Shown here: positions 50,203-60,746 of the stretch, piece by piece
How the letters are laid out: the number at the start of each line of letters is the position of its first letter
Numbering within the stretch: position 1 is the first letter of the stretch
Source of the DNA: Octopus sinensis
Taxonomy: Eukaryota
Assembly: GCF_006345805.1 (NCBI RefSeq)
Contig: NC_043014.1
Span: forward strand, 45,322,001-45,386,000
Direction of reading: 5' to 3'
Length of the DNA: 64,000 nt
Made by a program: the position numbers and the translations under genes
Notes under the pieces: generated by a model
Told to the model about the DNA's origin: nothing
The model's input: the letters and a program-made list of their open reading frames with translations, nothing else
Database searches by the model: none

Positions 50203-50491
50203 CACATTCTACTTCATTTTTTTTAAGCTCACTCCTCAACCTCATTTAAATATCTTTGTCTTCTGTTTTCGAACTTGTTTCATATCACTTCTGAAACATA
50301 CTGGTAACATTTCCCTCATCTCTCTATAAATCTTCCATTAAACATGTCTTATCTGGGAATGGAATATTCGGGGTCGATTAAATAAGTACCAGTTACGCAC
50401 TGGGGTCGATATAATCGACTTAATCCGTTTTTGTGTCCTTGTTTGTCCTCTCTGTGTTTAGCCCCTTGTGGGTAGTAAAGAAATAGGAATA

Positions 50492-50897
50492 TCTCTATAT
50501 ATAATCTTATATATAAAAGTGAAGTTGTGTGTCTGTCTCCTACGATTTAGATTCCTAACGACTCCCACATTTTGCGGTGCAGTTTAACCAAAAGCGGGTA
50601 TCTTATAGTCGTGATTCATATCGAGCCCTTCTGGGTATTAGCGCGCATCTACGATGAGTCTACGATTTAAAAAAACATTTACCATCATTTTTACCCATTT
50701 TAATGCATTTTTTTGCTATTATATAAGGGAAGTAACTCTCTAAAAATGTATTATTAAATCTCAGAACGTAAAAAGCTACAGTAACACCCCCCTTTGTGGT
50801 TAGCCGTATTGAGATGGCTATTATACTTTACATCTCTAAAAATGCTTATATAGTTATTTCCCTTACAAACCCGAGCAATGCCGGGCGATACTGCTAG
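50492..50897 (+). mobile_element. Non-autonomous Helitron
   Basis: A|TC 5' end, CCCG-AGCAATGC-CGGG 3' hairpin, CTAG|T 3' end; empty A|T site visible in the paralogous segment near 48230. Confidence 0.88.
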
Positions 50898-51467
50898 TAG
50901 TTAATATTTTAAACAGAACCCACTTCGTTCAGTGACGCAAAAAGTCTTGAAAATCTGGTTTCGTCACCAACTGTTATAAACTGTCCCCAAGAACAATTCA
51001 AACTAACAAAAATATGCACCCCGAAAACAAAAAGATACTTTTTAACCTCATTCTTCCGCCAGCCATGGCCATTTTTTCTGGCCATTTATCAAATATTTGC
51101 CAAATCTTATAAGATAGTTCCATAAACAAAGCTACTTACTGCTTTTTGCAGTTTTATATGCTTCCAGCTTGAATCGAGTGCTAAAGTCCGGCAAAATGAC
51201 GAACCCTGGTATCATCCGAAACCTCGTTCTTATGTCAGCTTCTGTCTTCGACAGACTCTTCAGCTCTTCGATATGGATGAGTAAATATGGAGGCATCGTA
51301 TCATGTGTGTGTGTGTGTATGCATGCGTGTATGTATGTATGTATGTATGTATGTATGATGTATGTATGTATGTATGTATGTATGTATGTATGTTTGTATG
51401 TACGTATGTATGTACGTATGTATGTACGTATGTATATATGTATGTATGTACGTATGTATGTATGTTT

Positions 51468-51599
51468 TTTTTAGTTGCCAATTTTGTACAAGACATTGTA
51501 GATCTTTAGCTGGGCTAAAAAGTCACATTCGATCACAGCACCAGTAACAGTCAAGCTTCGTGCAATGGCCATACTCGATAACGAGGGTCAGCTATAATA

Positions 51600-51630
<31 letters not shown>

Positions 51631-51740
51631 TGTATGTATGTATGTATGTACGTACGTACGTACGTACGTATGTATGTATGTATGTATGTATGTATGTACG
51701 TATGTATGTATGTATGTATGTATGTGTATGCATGGAAGTA
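51468..51740 (+). mobile_element. RTE-type LINE extreme 3' end (C2H2 finger, 3' UTR, (TATG)n tail)
   Basis: Reads SCQFCTRHCRSLAGLKSHIRSQHQ*, then a short UTR and TATG repeats. Confidence 0.6.
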
Positions 51741-52216
51741 TGTATGTTTGTGTGTCCGTCTGTATATATATAATGCACACAAAATGTAAATGAACTAGCA
51801 ACCCAATAATTCTACATATATAAAATTTCTTTTTGAATTTGTTAGCCAAAATAACAAACATTGTTATTTTTATTTCTTTTTTCCCCGGATTACATATATA
51901 TATTAGTATTCTCTTAAAATTGTTTTCACGATAAAATGATCAAATTACTTATAAAATTCATCTAAAGAAAAAATGGCGGAGAAAGATTTAGCAGACGACC
52001 AAAATTAGTCAAACATAATTTCCTGTTTTAGCCTCTCCCAGACTGCCTGGAAGAAACAGATGTATAAATTTACTTCCTAAATAAGTTGACAAAGATTTTT
52101 TAATGAAAGTTTTTTTAAATCGGAGATTTTAATTTATTTATTTTTATCTTGGGAATTTTTGATATATTACCGAACGATCGCCTTTTCAGTTTACAGTTGA
52201 TACCGATGTCTGACAA

Positions 52217-52613
52217 TCTTTATATATAAAAGTGAAATTGTGTGTCTGTCTCCTACGATTTAGATTCCTAACTACTCCCACATTTTGCGGTGCAGTTTAA
52301 CCAAAACCGGGTATCTTATAGTCGTGATTCATATCGAGCCCCTCTGGGTATTAGCGCGCGTCTACGATGAGTCTACGATTTTTTAAAAAATTTACCATCA
52401 TTTTTTCCATTTTAATACATTTTTTCGCTATTATATAAGGGAAATAACTCTCTAAAAATGTCTACGATGAGTCAACGATTTAAAAAAAAATTTACCATAA
52501 TTTTTTTCCATTTTTAATGCATTTTTTTTGCTATTTTTTTGCTATAACTCTCTAAAAATGCTTATATAGTTATTTCCCTTACAAACCCGAGCAACGCCGG
52601 GCGATACTGCTAG
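52217..52613 (+). mobile_element. Non-autonomous Helitron with a ~100-bp internal tandem duplication
   Basis: A|TC...hairpin...CTAG|T; aligns to 50492-50897. Confidence 0.9.
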
Positions 52614-53113
52614 TTTTACATAAATGTCATTTAAATTTGAGACCGAGTAATGATCATGAAGGCATATCGTAGGTTGAAACAATGTAACCCATTTCAATAT
52701 GTTTATATTCTAGCAGAAAAAAAATTCTATGAGAGCGAATTGGCCCGAGGCTATAGTAGAAGACACTTGCCCAAGGTGCCACACAGTGGGACTGAACCCA
52801 GAATCATGTGGTTGGGAAGCAAGCTTCTTACCAGACAAAATATAACTGCTTCCGATTTAGGTACAAGGCCAGGAATTTTCAGGAGTGAGGGTTAATCGAT
52901 ACTATCGAGCCCAGTAACTGATTGATACTTTATTTTATCGACCATGAAAGGATAAAACAGAAAACTGACATCAGCGGGATTTGAACGAAGATCGTAATAT
53001 TCGGAACAAATAAAGCAAAGCATCTTTTAACTGGCGCTCTTAACAATTCTGCCAGCTCACTGCCCTTAAAAATAAAACTAATAAAAAATGTAAAAAAATC
53101 TTTTATATTTTAA

Positions 53114-53630
53114 CTAGCAGTATCGCCCGGCGTTGCTCGGGTTTGTAAGGGAAATAACTATATAAGCATTTTTAGAGAGTTACTTCCTTTATAGATGCCA
53201 ATTCGGGCTTTCTTAGCCATTTCTGTTTTGGTGTCTTCAAGCCATGAAGTCGTTGTTCTAAAAGAACGCTGGTCTCCTTGACAACGCATTACGACGTTGA
53301 TTTCCTTACACTCCCTTCCCCACAGCTTCACGAGGGAGGGAAGAAGGGGGAGAAGCAAACACGGGTGCAGGTGTTTGAGCGTGGACGCCAACTCCGCCGC
53401 CATCGACACACGAAAAATTATGCATTAAAATGGAATAAAAAATGATGTTAAATTATTTTTAAAATCGTAGACTCATCGTAGACGCGCGCTAATAGCCAGA
53501 TGGGCTCGATATTAATCACGACTATAAGATACCCGAATTTGGTTAAACTGCACCGCAAAATGTGGGAGGAGTTAGGAATCTAAATCGTAGGAGACAGACA
53601 CTCACACAACTACAGTTTTATATATATAGA
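53114..53630 (-). mobile_element. Non-autonomous Helitron with a ~225-bp GC-rich internal segment
   Basis: Same termini in reverse; internal 53195-53420 absent from the other two copies. Confidence 0.88.
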
Positions 53631-53894
53631 TTTCTTTTTTACTAATAGTGATTTTAAATTTAGGCGCAAGGACTGACACTAGAAATGGAGAGGTAAATTA
53701 GAGAACTATATGCAGAGTGATTTCGTCTTAACATTCGGTTGCCATGCCACCAACACTGTTGGATAATTTTCGTCTGCTACTGATGTAGTTTTTATTTTTT
53801 AACACTGTACGTCTATAAGAGATACAATATAAGGGCAAATATCGAAGTTAATTAGGCTTCCACTGATGCAGCCGCTTTAAGCCTGATACATCGA

Positions 53895-53920
53895 ATGTTA
53901 TCTCTCTCTCTCTCACTCTT

Positions 53921-53978
<58 letters not shown>

Positions 53979-54052
53979 CGTCCGTCCGTCCGTCCGTCCG
54001 TCCGTCTGTCTGTCTGTCTGTCTGTCTATGTGTGTGTCTGTCTATCTATCTA

Positions 54053-54107
<55 letters not shown>

Positions 54108-54229
54108 CTGTGTATGTATGTATGTATGCATGCATGCATGTATGTATGTATGTATGTATGTATGTATGTATGTATGTATGTATGTATGTATGCATGCATG
54201 CATGCATGTATGTATGTATGAATGCCGTG

Positions 54230-54316
<87 letters not shown>
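53895..54316. repeat. Compound microsatellite (TC)(TCTA)(TCCG)(TCTG)(TATG)(TGCA)(TA)
   Basis: Directly visible. Confidence 0.97.
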
Positions 54317-54318
<2 letters not shown>

Positions 54319-54759
54319 GTAGTTGAAATTTACAGAAAAGCAAAAGACGAAGATAGGTGTATACACAACCAAACAGGTGTATTAGTTTGACGCTTGGGAA
54401 GGTGATATATATAGATGCACACATACACACATACGCATGTATGCACTCACACACACAGACACACAAAAACACACATTTTCTACAACAATTCTACAATTGG
54501 AAACTCTATAGAAACCCGTCGAGTGGATTGTACATGCAATTCAAAAGGTACAAGCGTTGCCATTCTGATTCTGCTTGCAAATTTACGTTAAGGGCATAAC
54601 TTGCCCGTGAAAAGCTCAGCATTGAAACCTAACTTTTTGAGCAGATACATTAATTCGATCAAACTACCGATTCCTCATCGTCAAATAACTGGTGTTGGTA
54701 GTGGTGGTGGATTATTTATTCAAACCTGAGATCTGGCATAATTCGAACTCAGGACGCAA

Positions 54760-54912
54760 TAGCTGAAGACACCTCCGAAAGGGGGGGGGGGCACGTCAAA
54801 ACGGTAGAGGAGTAGGGGCCGAAACCGGACGTGGTTCCTCCGGATGATGTCTTGAGCTAACTGGATCCTATAAAGGAGCTGTTGTGGTAGCAGACCACGA
54901 AACACGGTTGTA
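54760..54912 (+). mobile_element. 153-bp GC-rich insert, Penelope-like pLTR fragment with degenerate hammerhead-type motifs
   Basis: CTGAAGA, stem-loops followed by GAAAC, ends in GTA; flanked by a 46-bp direct repeat (54714-54759, 54913-54958; 42/46 identical). Confidence 0.45.
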
Positions 54913-55204
54913 ATTTATTCAAACCTGATATATGGCAGAATTCGAACTCAGAACGCAAAAGTATTTTATCCTTATAACTCTACTAATTTTCGTCATCATC
55001 CTCAGCTAAAATTTTATAAATCAGACGACGAAGTATCATCAGATTTTTGCGTCTTTTTATTTTATTTATTTATTCTTTTTTTAATTGATGAGTCATTAAA
55101 AATTGAAAAAGTTAGTTATGACGTCTGACGTCTGACGTAAGACGCAATAATGAAAGATGACGGACCGCAGCTTCAGAAAATTTTAGCCTTCTCATCAGAA
55201 ACCA

Positions 55205-55243
55205 CTACACACACACACACAAACACACACACAAACACACACA

Positions 55244-55290
<47 letters not shown>

Positions 55291-55367
55291 GCATATATAT
55301 ATGCATATATATATATGCATATATATATATGTATATATATGCATATATATATATATGCATATATATA

Positions 55368-55427
<60 letters not shown>

Positions 55428-55465
55428 TTTATTTACATATGTATGTATGTATGTATGTATGTATA
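55205..55465. repeat. Compound (CA)n/(TA)n/(TATG)n microsatellite
   Basis: Directly visible. Confidence 0.97.
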
Positions 55466-55924
55466 AACACTTTACTAATGATTGATTGTAAAACGAAACA
55501 TTTTCAACACCAAGAAGAGAAAGACCAATTGCTATTTGATCCAAGTTCAGCTCTGATTGAGCAGACTTATGGACCAAAAGTGGCTCAGCCGTGACCACTC
55601 CGTCTCATATTCAAACATGGTATACCCAATATTCTTCCTTTACCTACATTAGCAGAATGTGATTTAAGGGTCATTTATTTGACTGTTATGTCTAGTCTCC
55701 TGGACAAATTCTCAAATTCTGGAGGCAGAGTGTTGGGAACAGCTAATACTACATCATGGGAAAGAGAAAAGACATAGAAACGGGCTGGGGGTACATAGTT
55801 TGTTTTTTACTATTTCTGGGTCGCGAGGGGACATCGTTCTGGTTGCAGTCAATGTACATTATACAGTTTATAAACATATATAAAAAAACATACATACATT
55901 ACATACACACACACACACACACAT

Positions 55925-55983
55925 AAAGTGTTTAGTTACGTGGAAATTATTTTAAAAAACTGCCGTTCAAACCGAAAGGATTC
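55925..55983 (+). mobile_element. Isolated right end of the Merlin-like element
   Basis: GTGTTTAGTTACGTGGAAATT...CTGCCGTTCAAACCGAAAGGATTC. Confidence 0.8.
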
Positions 55984-56406
55984 AAATGGAGAATAATAGG
56001 TGGTTGGTTCATCAACTTTTAGACACTATATTATGTTAACTTATTTATTTATTTACTAAACTGATAATTACAATAACATACATACATATAACATTATTCT
56101 TTACATATAAGATATAAGATATCACGCTCGGACAACTTAGCTGGCCACACTTTTGGTGGAGGGAGGGTCGACAAAATAATACCAGTAATACTCGAAGGTA
56201 TATTACATAGGACAAACCATTACCACAGCGAAATTTAACATTATACTGAGTAGAAAAAATATTTTTAAAAAACAACTATTGAACGTGTATGAATATATTT
56301 TCCTGAAAGGGTTACGTAGATGCGTCGGGACCTCTGTATTTAAAAGTAGTACCGAATTTTTTTACTGGCGTTAAAGTTGTGACTTTGCAAGCTTGTTAGA
56401 ATCCAT

Positions 56407-57002
56407 GGATCTTTTCGGTTTGAACGGCAGTTTTTTCTAGCGGTGTCATATGAAATTGTCACCCATAATTATGACCCTAGTATCGATCTATTGCATTTCA
56501 ATCTCTTTTAGGGTTAGGGGTGAGGGGAAGGATATCTTTTTTTTCTCCACAAATGTAAATAAACCCAATCTGTTTCTTAAACGAGGGACATATCCATACG
56601 GCACAGAATGTTTTTTTTTTTTTACCTCAATAGACGTCAGTGATTGGTTGAAATTGCAGAAATTGAAGAAAAAACAACAACAAATATCTTACAAAGTATA
56701 GAATTTTCTCAATAAAGCCAAGAGAAAAAGATGTTTTATAAACACATTCTACCAGTATGCGAAGTTTAAAATTTTTTAATTACGTGGAAATTATTTTTAA
56801 AAAACTGCCGTTCAAACCGAAAAGATCCAGCTATCTTTATTTGCAATAATTTGTGAATATACAACTATATCCTATAATGGTTTATAATGTTTTATAAACA
56901 CATTCTACCAGTATACGAAGTTTAAAGGGCAATCTTTCTTTAAAATTTTTTAGTTACGTGGAAATTATTTTTAAAAAACTGCCGTTCAAACCGAAAAGAT
57001 CC
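56407..57002 (+). mobile_element. Composite Merlin-like element: full unit (56407-56828) + ~60 bp spacer + second right end (~56888-57002)
   Basis: 8-bp TSD GAATCCAT at 56399-56406 and 57003-57010 flanks the composite, not the inner unit. Confidence 0.88.
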
Positions 57003-57126
57003 GAATCCATTATTATATTTTTTTCAAATGTCGAACACATCAAAATATAAACATAAACACACACACACACACATACATTAAAAGTGAAACTTAAATAGGA
57101 ATTAAATAAAATTAAAAAAGTCTTGC

Positions 57127-57280
57127 CTTTACGTAATTTGAGAAGGTTTGTAAAATACATAGCTCCAAACTGGATAATGCTTTGGGGTTGAGACCGAAGT
57201 ACTTCGCGGGCAAAACCTTCCAGTAATGCCTCAAACCCTACCGGTACTCGGAGTTTCGTGTTAGAAAATGGTACAGACAT
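57127..57280 (-). CDS. SPA17: First coding exon of sperm surface protein Sp17-like RIIa (PKA-RII dimerisation/docking) domain protein
   Basis: MSVPFSNTKLRVPVGFEALLEGFAREVLRSQPQSIIQFGAMYFTNLLKLRK closely resembles the SPA17 N-terminus (recalled human MSIPFSNTHYRIPQGFGNLLEGLTREILREQP); acceptor TTTATCAG 7 nt upstream of the ATG; donor either AG|GCAAGA (exon end 57127) or AC|GTAAAG (end 57133); later exons not identified. Confidence 0.88.
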
Positions 57281-57473
57281 GATTAAACTGATAAATAACT
57301 GATATATATATATATTATTATAAATGTAGATATAAATAAAATATATATATGTGTGTGTGTGTTCTTATAAAGAGTATTTTTTAAAAAAATGGAAGCTTCT
57401 CTACAGTCAAAAGGAAATGTAACAACCTCAGCTAAGGTTTACAACAGAACGCTCATGCTGTTTTGAGGACGCC

Positions 57474-57486
57474 GTAACCTAGCAAC
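57474..57486. promoter_or_regulatory. RFX X-box in the putative SPA17 promoter
   Basis: GTAACC-T-AGCAAC matches GTNRCC(N0-3)RGYAAC exactly; lies in a locally CpG-enriched patch ~195 bp upstream of the ATG. Confidence 0.6.
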
Positions 57487-57816
57487 TGGATCGCTGAAAA
57501 CCGGATTAGCAGAATTAAATAAACGAACGTTACTAATCAAGCTCACTCACTCTATATCTGTTATTCTCGGTTATCGACAAAGAAATAAATATTAAAAAAA
57601 AACTGTCAGCCATTTTTTTTCTGTAACCGATCTGGCTTTTTTATTGAGCAGATGTTTGGATCAGAAGCGGTCCAGTCGTGACCATCCAATTTATTTTTCG
57701 GACATAGTGTATTTAGAGCAATATTGCTTAACGTATTCTTGTTATTTTTAAAGTTGTTTTTTTTAAATAACAGTATATGATTTAAGGGAGATTTAGCCAT
57801 TATTTCTAATTTCCTG

Positions 57817-58232
57817 GGATCTTTTCGGTTTGAACAGCAGTTTTTTAAAATAATTTCCACGTAACTAAACACTTTTAAACTTCGTATACTGGTAGAATGT
57901 GTTTATAAAACATCTTTTTCTCTTGGCTTTATTGAGAAAATTCTATAGTTTGTAAGATATTTGTTGTTGTTTTTTCTTCAATTTCTGCAATTTCAATCAA
58001 TCACTGACGTCTATTGAGGTAAAAAAAAAACATTCTATGCCGTATGAATATGTCCCTCGTTTAAGAAACAGATTGGGTTTATTTACATTTGTGAAGAAAA
58101 AAGATACCCTTCCCCCCACCCCTAACCCTAAAACAGATTGAAATGCAATAGATCGATACTAGGGTCATAATTATAGGTGACAATTTCATATGACACCGCT
58201 AGAAAAAACTGCCGTTCAAACCGAAAAGATCC
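57817..58232 (-). mobile_element. Merlin-like non-autonomous DNA transposon
   Basis: Both TIRs present; opposite orientation to 56407-56828; flanked by a 96/93-bp direct duplication. Confidence 0.9.
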
Positions 58233-58238
58233 ATATTT

Positions 58239-58381
58239 ATTTCTTTACTACCCACAAGGGGACAAACAAGGACAGACAAACGGATTAAGTCGATTACATC
58301 GACCCCAGTGCGTATTTGGTACTTAATTTATCGACCCCGAAAGGATGAAAGGCAAAGTCGACCTTGGCGGAATTTGAACTC
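58239..58381 (-). mobile_element. 5'-truncated SINE family B (tail type 1) inserted at the transposon end
   Basis: Core and tail align to 38100-38260; AAAAGATCCATATT is repeated on both sides. Confidence 0.8.
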
Positions 58382-58650
58382 ATCCATATTGTTTAAAAGA
58401 TCCATATTGTTTAATGTATTCTTGTTACTTTTAAATTTTTTTTTAGATAACAGTATATGATTTGAGGGAGATTTAGCCATTATTTCTAATTTCCTGGACT
58501 AATTCACAAAGAAATGAGAAATTTAATGTATTAAGAATTTATCTCATTTATTGATTTCTTTTGATATGGTATACGGAATTTTGTTGTGGGACGAAAAGAT
58601 TGAACTGAGTGGCAGAAAGACCAATTGTTGCTTGGTCCCAAAGTCAGCTG

Positions 58651-58860
58651 GGATCTTTTCGCTTTGAACGGCAGATTTTTAAAATAATTTCTTTGTAACT
58701 AAACACTTTTAAACTTTGTATACTGGTAGAATGTGTTACATAAAACAACTTTTTCTCTTGGCTTTCTTGAGAAAATTCTGTAGTGTGTAAGCTATTTATT
58801 GTTTAATTTCTTGCATTTCAGCAATTTCAACCAATCAATGATGTCTATTGAGGCGAATAC
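58651..58860 (-). mobile_element. Truncated older Merlin-like copy (one TIR)
   Basis: GGATCTTTTCGCTTTGAACGGCAG, then diverged internal sequence. Confidence 0.8.
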
Positions 58861-59186
58861 AATTTCTCCGGTTCTTTGTCAACAACATTTTCTGGCGGTG
58901 AGAGGAACAGATTTATAGTTGTGAAGGGTGGAAGTAAGGAAAGTGACAGAGTAAGAGAGTAGTCTTTCATTAAGAAGAGTATGGCAGGGAATGGTGGCAA
59001 GAGGAACGAATTAATAATAGGGTTATTGAGAAAAAGGGAGGATAGGGTTGAAAGATGATAAGATGGCCTGTGTAGGGGGAGGGTCTAAAGCTATCCTATC
59101 TTATAAGGATGAGTATCAATCAAAGGATTGAGTGAAAGGGGATGGGGAGGAACTCTGAGAGAATCACTAAATGAAGAAGTTTAGGG

Positions 59187-59548
59187 CAGTGCTTTTCAAA
59201 CTTTTTGCTGGAGCGGAACCCCAAGGAAACATTCCACTGGCTCGAGGAACCCCTGTGCAATAATTTAATAGTCTTATGCACACATATCTGCACAGGTGAA
59301 TTAAAAATTACTGCCAATTTTAGCAGTTTTGTAACTTCTTGCGGAACCCCCCCTGGACTGTACTGGCAGAACCCTAAGGTTCTGCGGAACCCCTGTGCAA
59401 TAATTTAATAGTCTTATGCACACATATCTGCACAGGTGAATTAAAAATTACTGCCAATTTTAGCAGTTTTGTAACTTCTTGCGGAACCCCCCCTGGACTG
59501 TACTGGCAGAACCCTAAGGTTCTGCGGAACCCTGGTTGAAAACCACTG
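59187..59548 (-). mobile_element. hAT MITE with a perfect 140-bp internal tandem duplication
   Basis: TSD GTTTAGGG on both sides; 59247-59386 identical to 59387-59526. Confidence 0.93.
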
Positions 59549-59730
59549 GTTTAGGGGTTCATGAGAATAAGATGAACAACAGAAGTATGTGAAGCGATGT
59601 TGAGGAGGCAAAGAAGCTGTGGGGAGAAGGCAGTGAGAGAAAATGAGGCAGAGGGTGGGTGCAGGATGGAAACTGCATCAGGTGGCACTATCAGAAAAGG
59701 CAACACCAAGAAGTGCAGAAAGTGGTTTCA

Positions 59731-59893
59731 GGCGCAGGAGTGGTTGTGTGGTAAGTAGCTTGTTTACCAACCACATGGTTCCGGGTTCAGTCCCACTGCA
59801 TGGCACCTTGGGCAAGTGTCTTCTACTATAGCCTCGGGCCGACCAAAGCCTTGTGAGTGGATTTGGTAGACGGAAACTGAAAGAAGCCCGTCG

Positions 59894-59925
<32 letters not shown>

Positions 59926-60160
59926 ATATATATATATATATATGCGTGTTTGTGTGTCTGTGTTTGTCCCCCTAGCATTGCTTGACAACCGATGCTGGTG
60001 TGTTTATGTCCCCATTACTTAGCGGTTCGGCAAAAGAGACCGATAGAATAATTACTGGGCTTACAAAAGAATAAGTCCCAGGGTCGAGTTGCTCGATTAA
60101 AAGGCGGTGCTCCAGCATGGCCGCAGTCAAATGACTGAAACAAGTAAAAGAGTAAAGAGT
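59731..60160 (+). mobile_element. SINE family A, full length
   Basis: Family consensus. Confidence 0.92.
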
Positions 60161-60746
60161 ATATAAAATAATAATCCAAACCATTCATATATCACATGCA
60201 ACAATAAAGTTTAATGTTAAAATAAATACAATTTTGATGTAGTTCATAATATTCTCTACTTCAAATTCTATTGTTTATATTTTAGCAAATGTTCATCTTA
60301 ACTACTAGAAACTATGCAAATGTATATACATTAAGATTGTGTGTATTGTAATTTTCATGTGTAATATTGTGTGATATTTCCATTTTAATGTATAATATTG
60401 TATGACATTGTAATTTTAATGTGTGATATTGTAATTTAAATGTGTAATTTCAATTCTGCGAGATGCATGTGTCACTGCTATAGCCATTACATTCAGTGGA
60501 ATACAGGAATTAAAGTAACATTGGTTCAAGAAGCGGAAAAAAAAAAAAAATTACTGAGGATTTTGTTTGACCTGACACAAATGGAAGTCCATGGAAGGTG
60601 ACATCGACCCAAATGACACCGCAGCCACAAGGCTTTCTCTCCAGGACTCTGACGATTCTACTGATATAACATGCTGGGCTAATACTTTGTCTTATCAACA
60701 TCAGAAGGATGACTTTCGCTGAATTTGAAATCAGAACGTAATGATC

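Noticed and set aside
49379-50245. Long 250-290 aa ORFs (CV-rich, HT-rich) on both strands
   Set aside because: They are translations of the stop-free (AC)n/AAAGACAACC minisatellite; the same applies to the YI/VC/HT ORFs at 31668-31993, 51169-51861, 53895-54472, 55150-55594 and 61808-63879.
51140-51296. 52-codon minus-strand ORF (MPPYLLIHIEEL...) ending at a GTAAGT donor
   Set aside because: No acceptor upstream (microsatellite), the opposite strand is equally open, and there is no similarity to the expected SPA17 exon 3 (DP...EDRFYNN).
56954-57126. C-terminal half of the 108-aa SPA17 ORF
   Set aside because: Similarity ends at residue 51 at a splice donor; the remainder runs through (TG)n and into transposon sequence, so it is intron.
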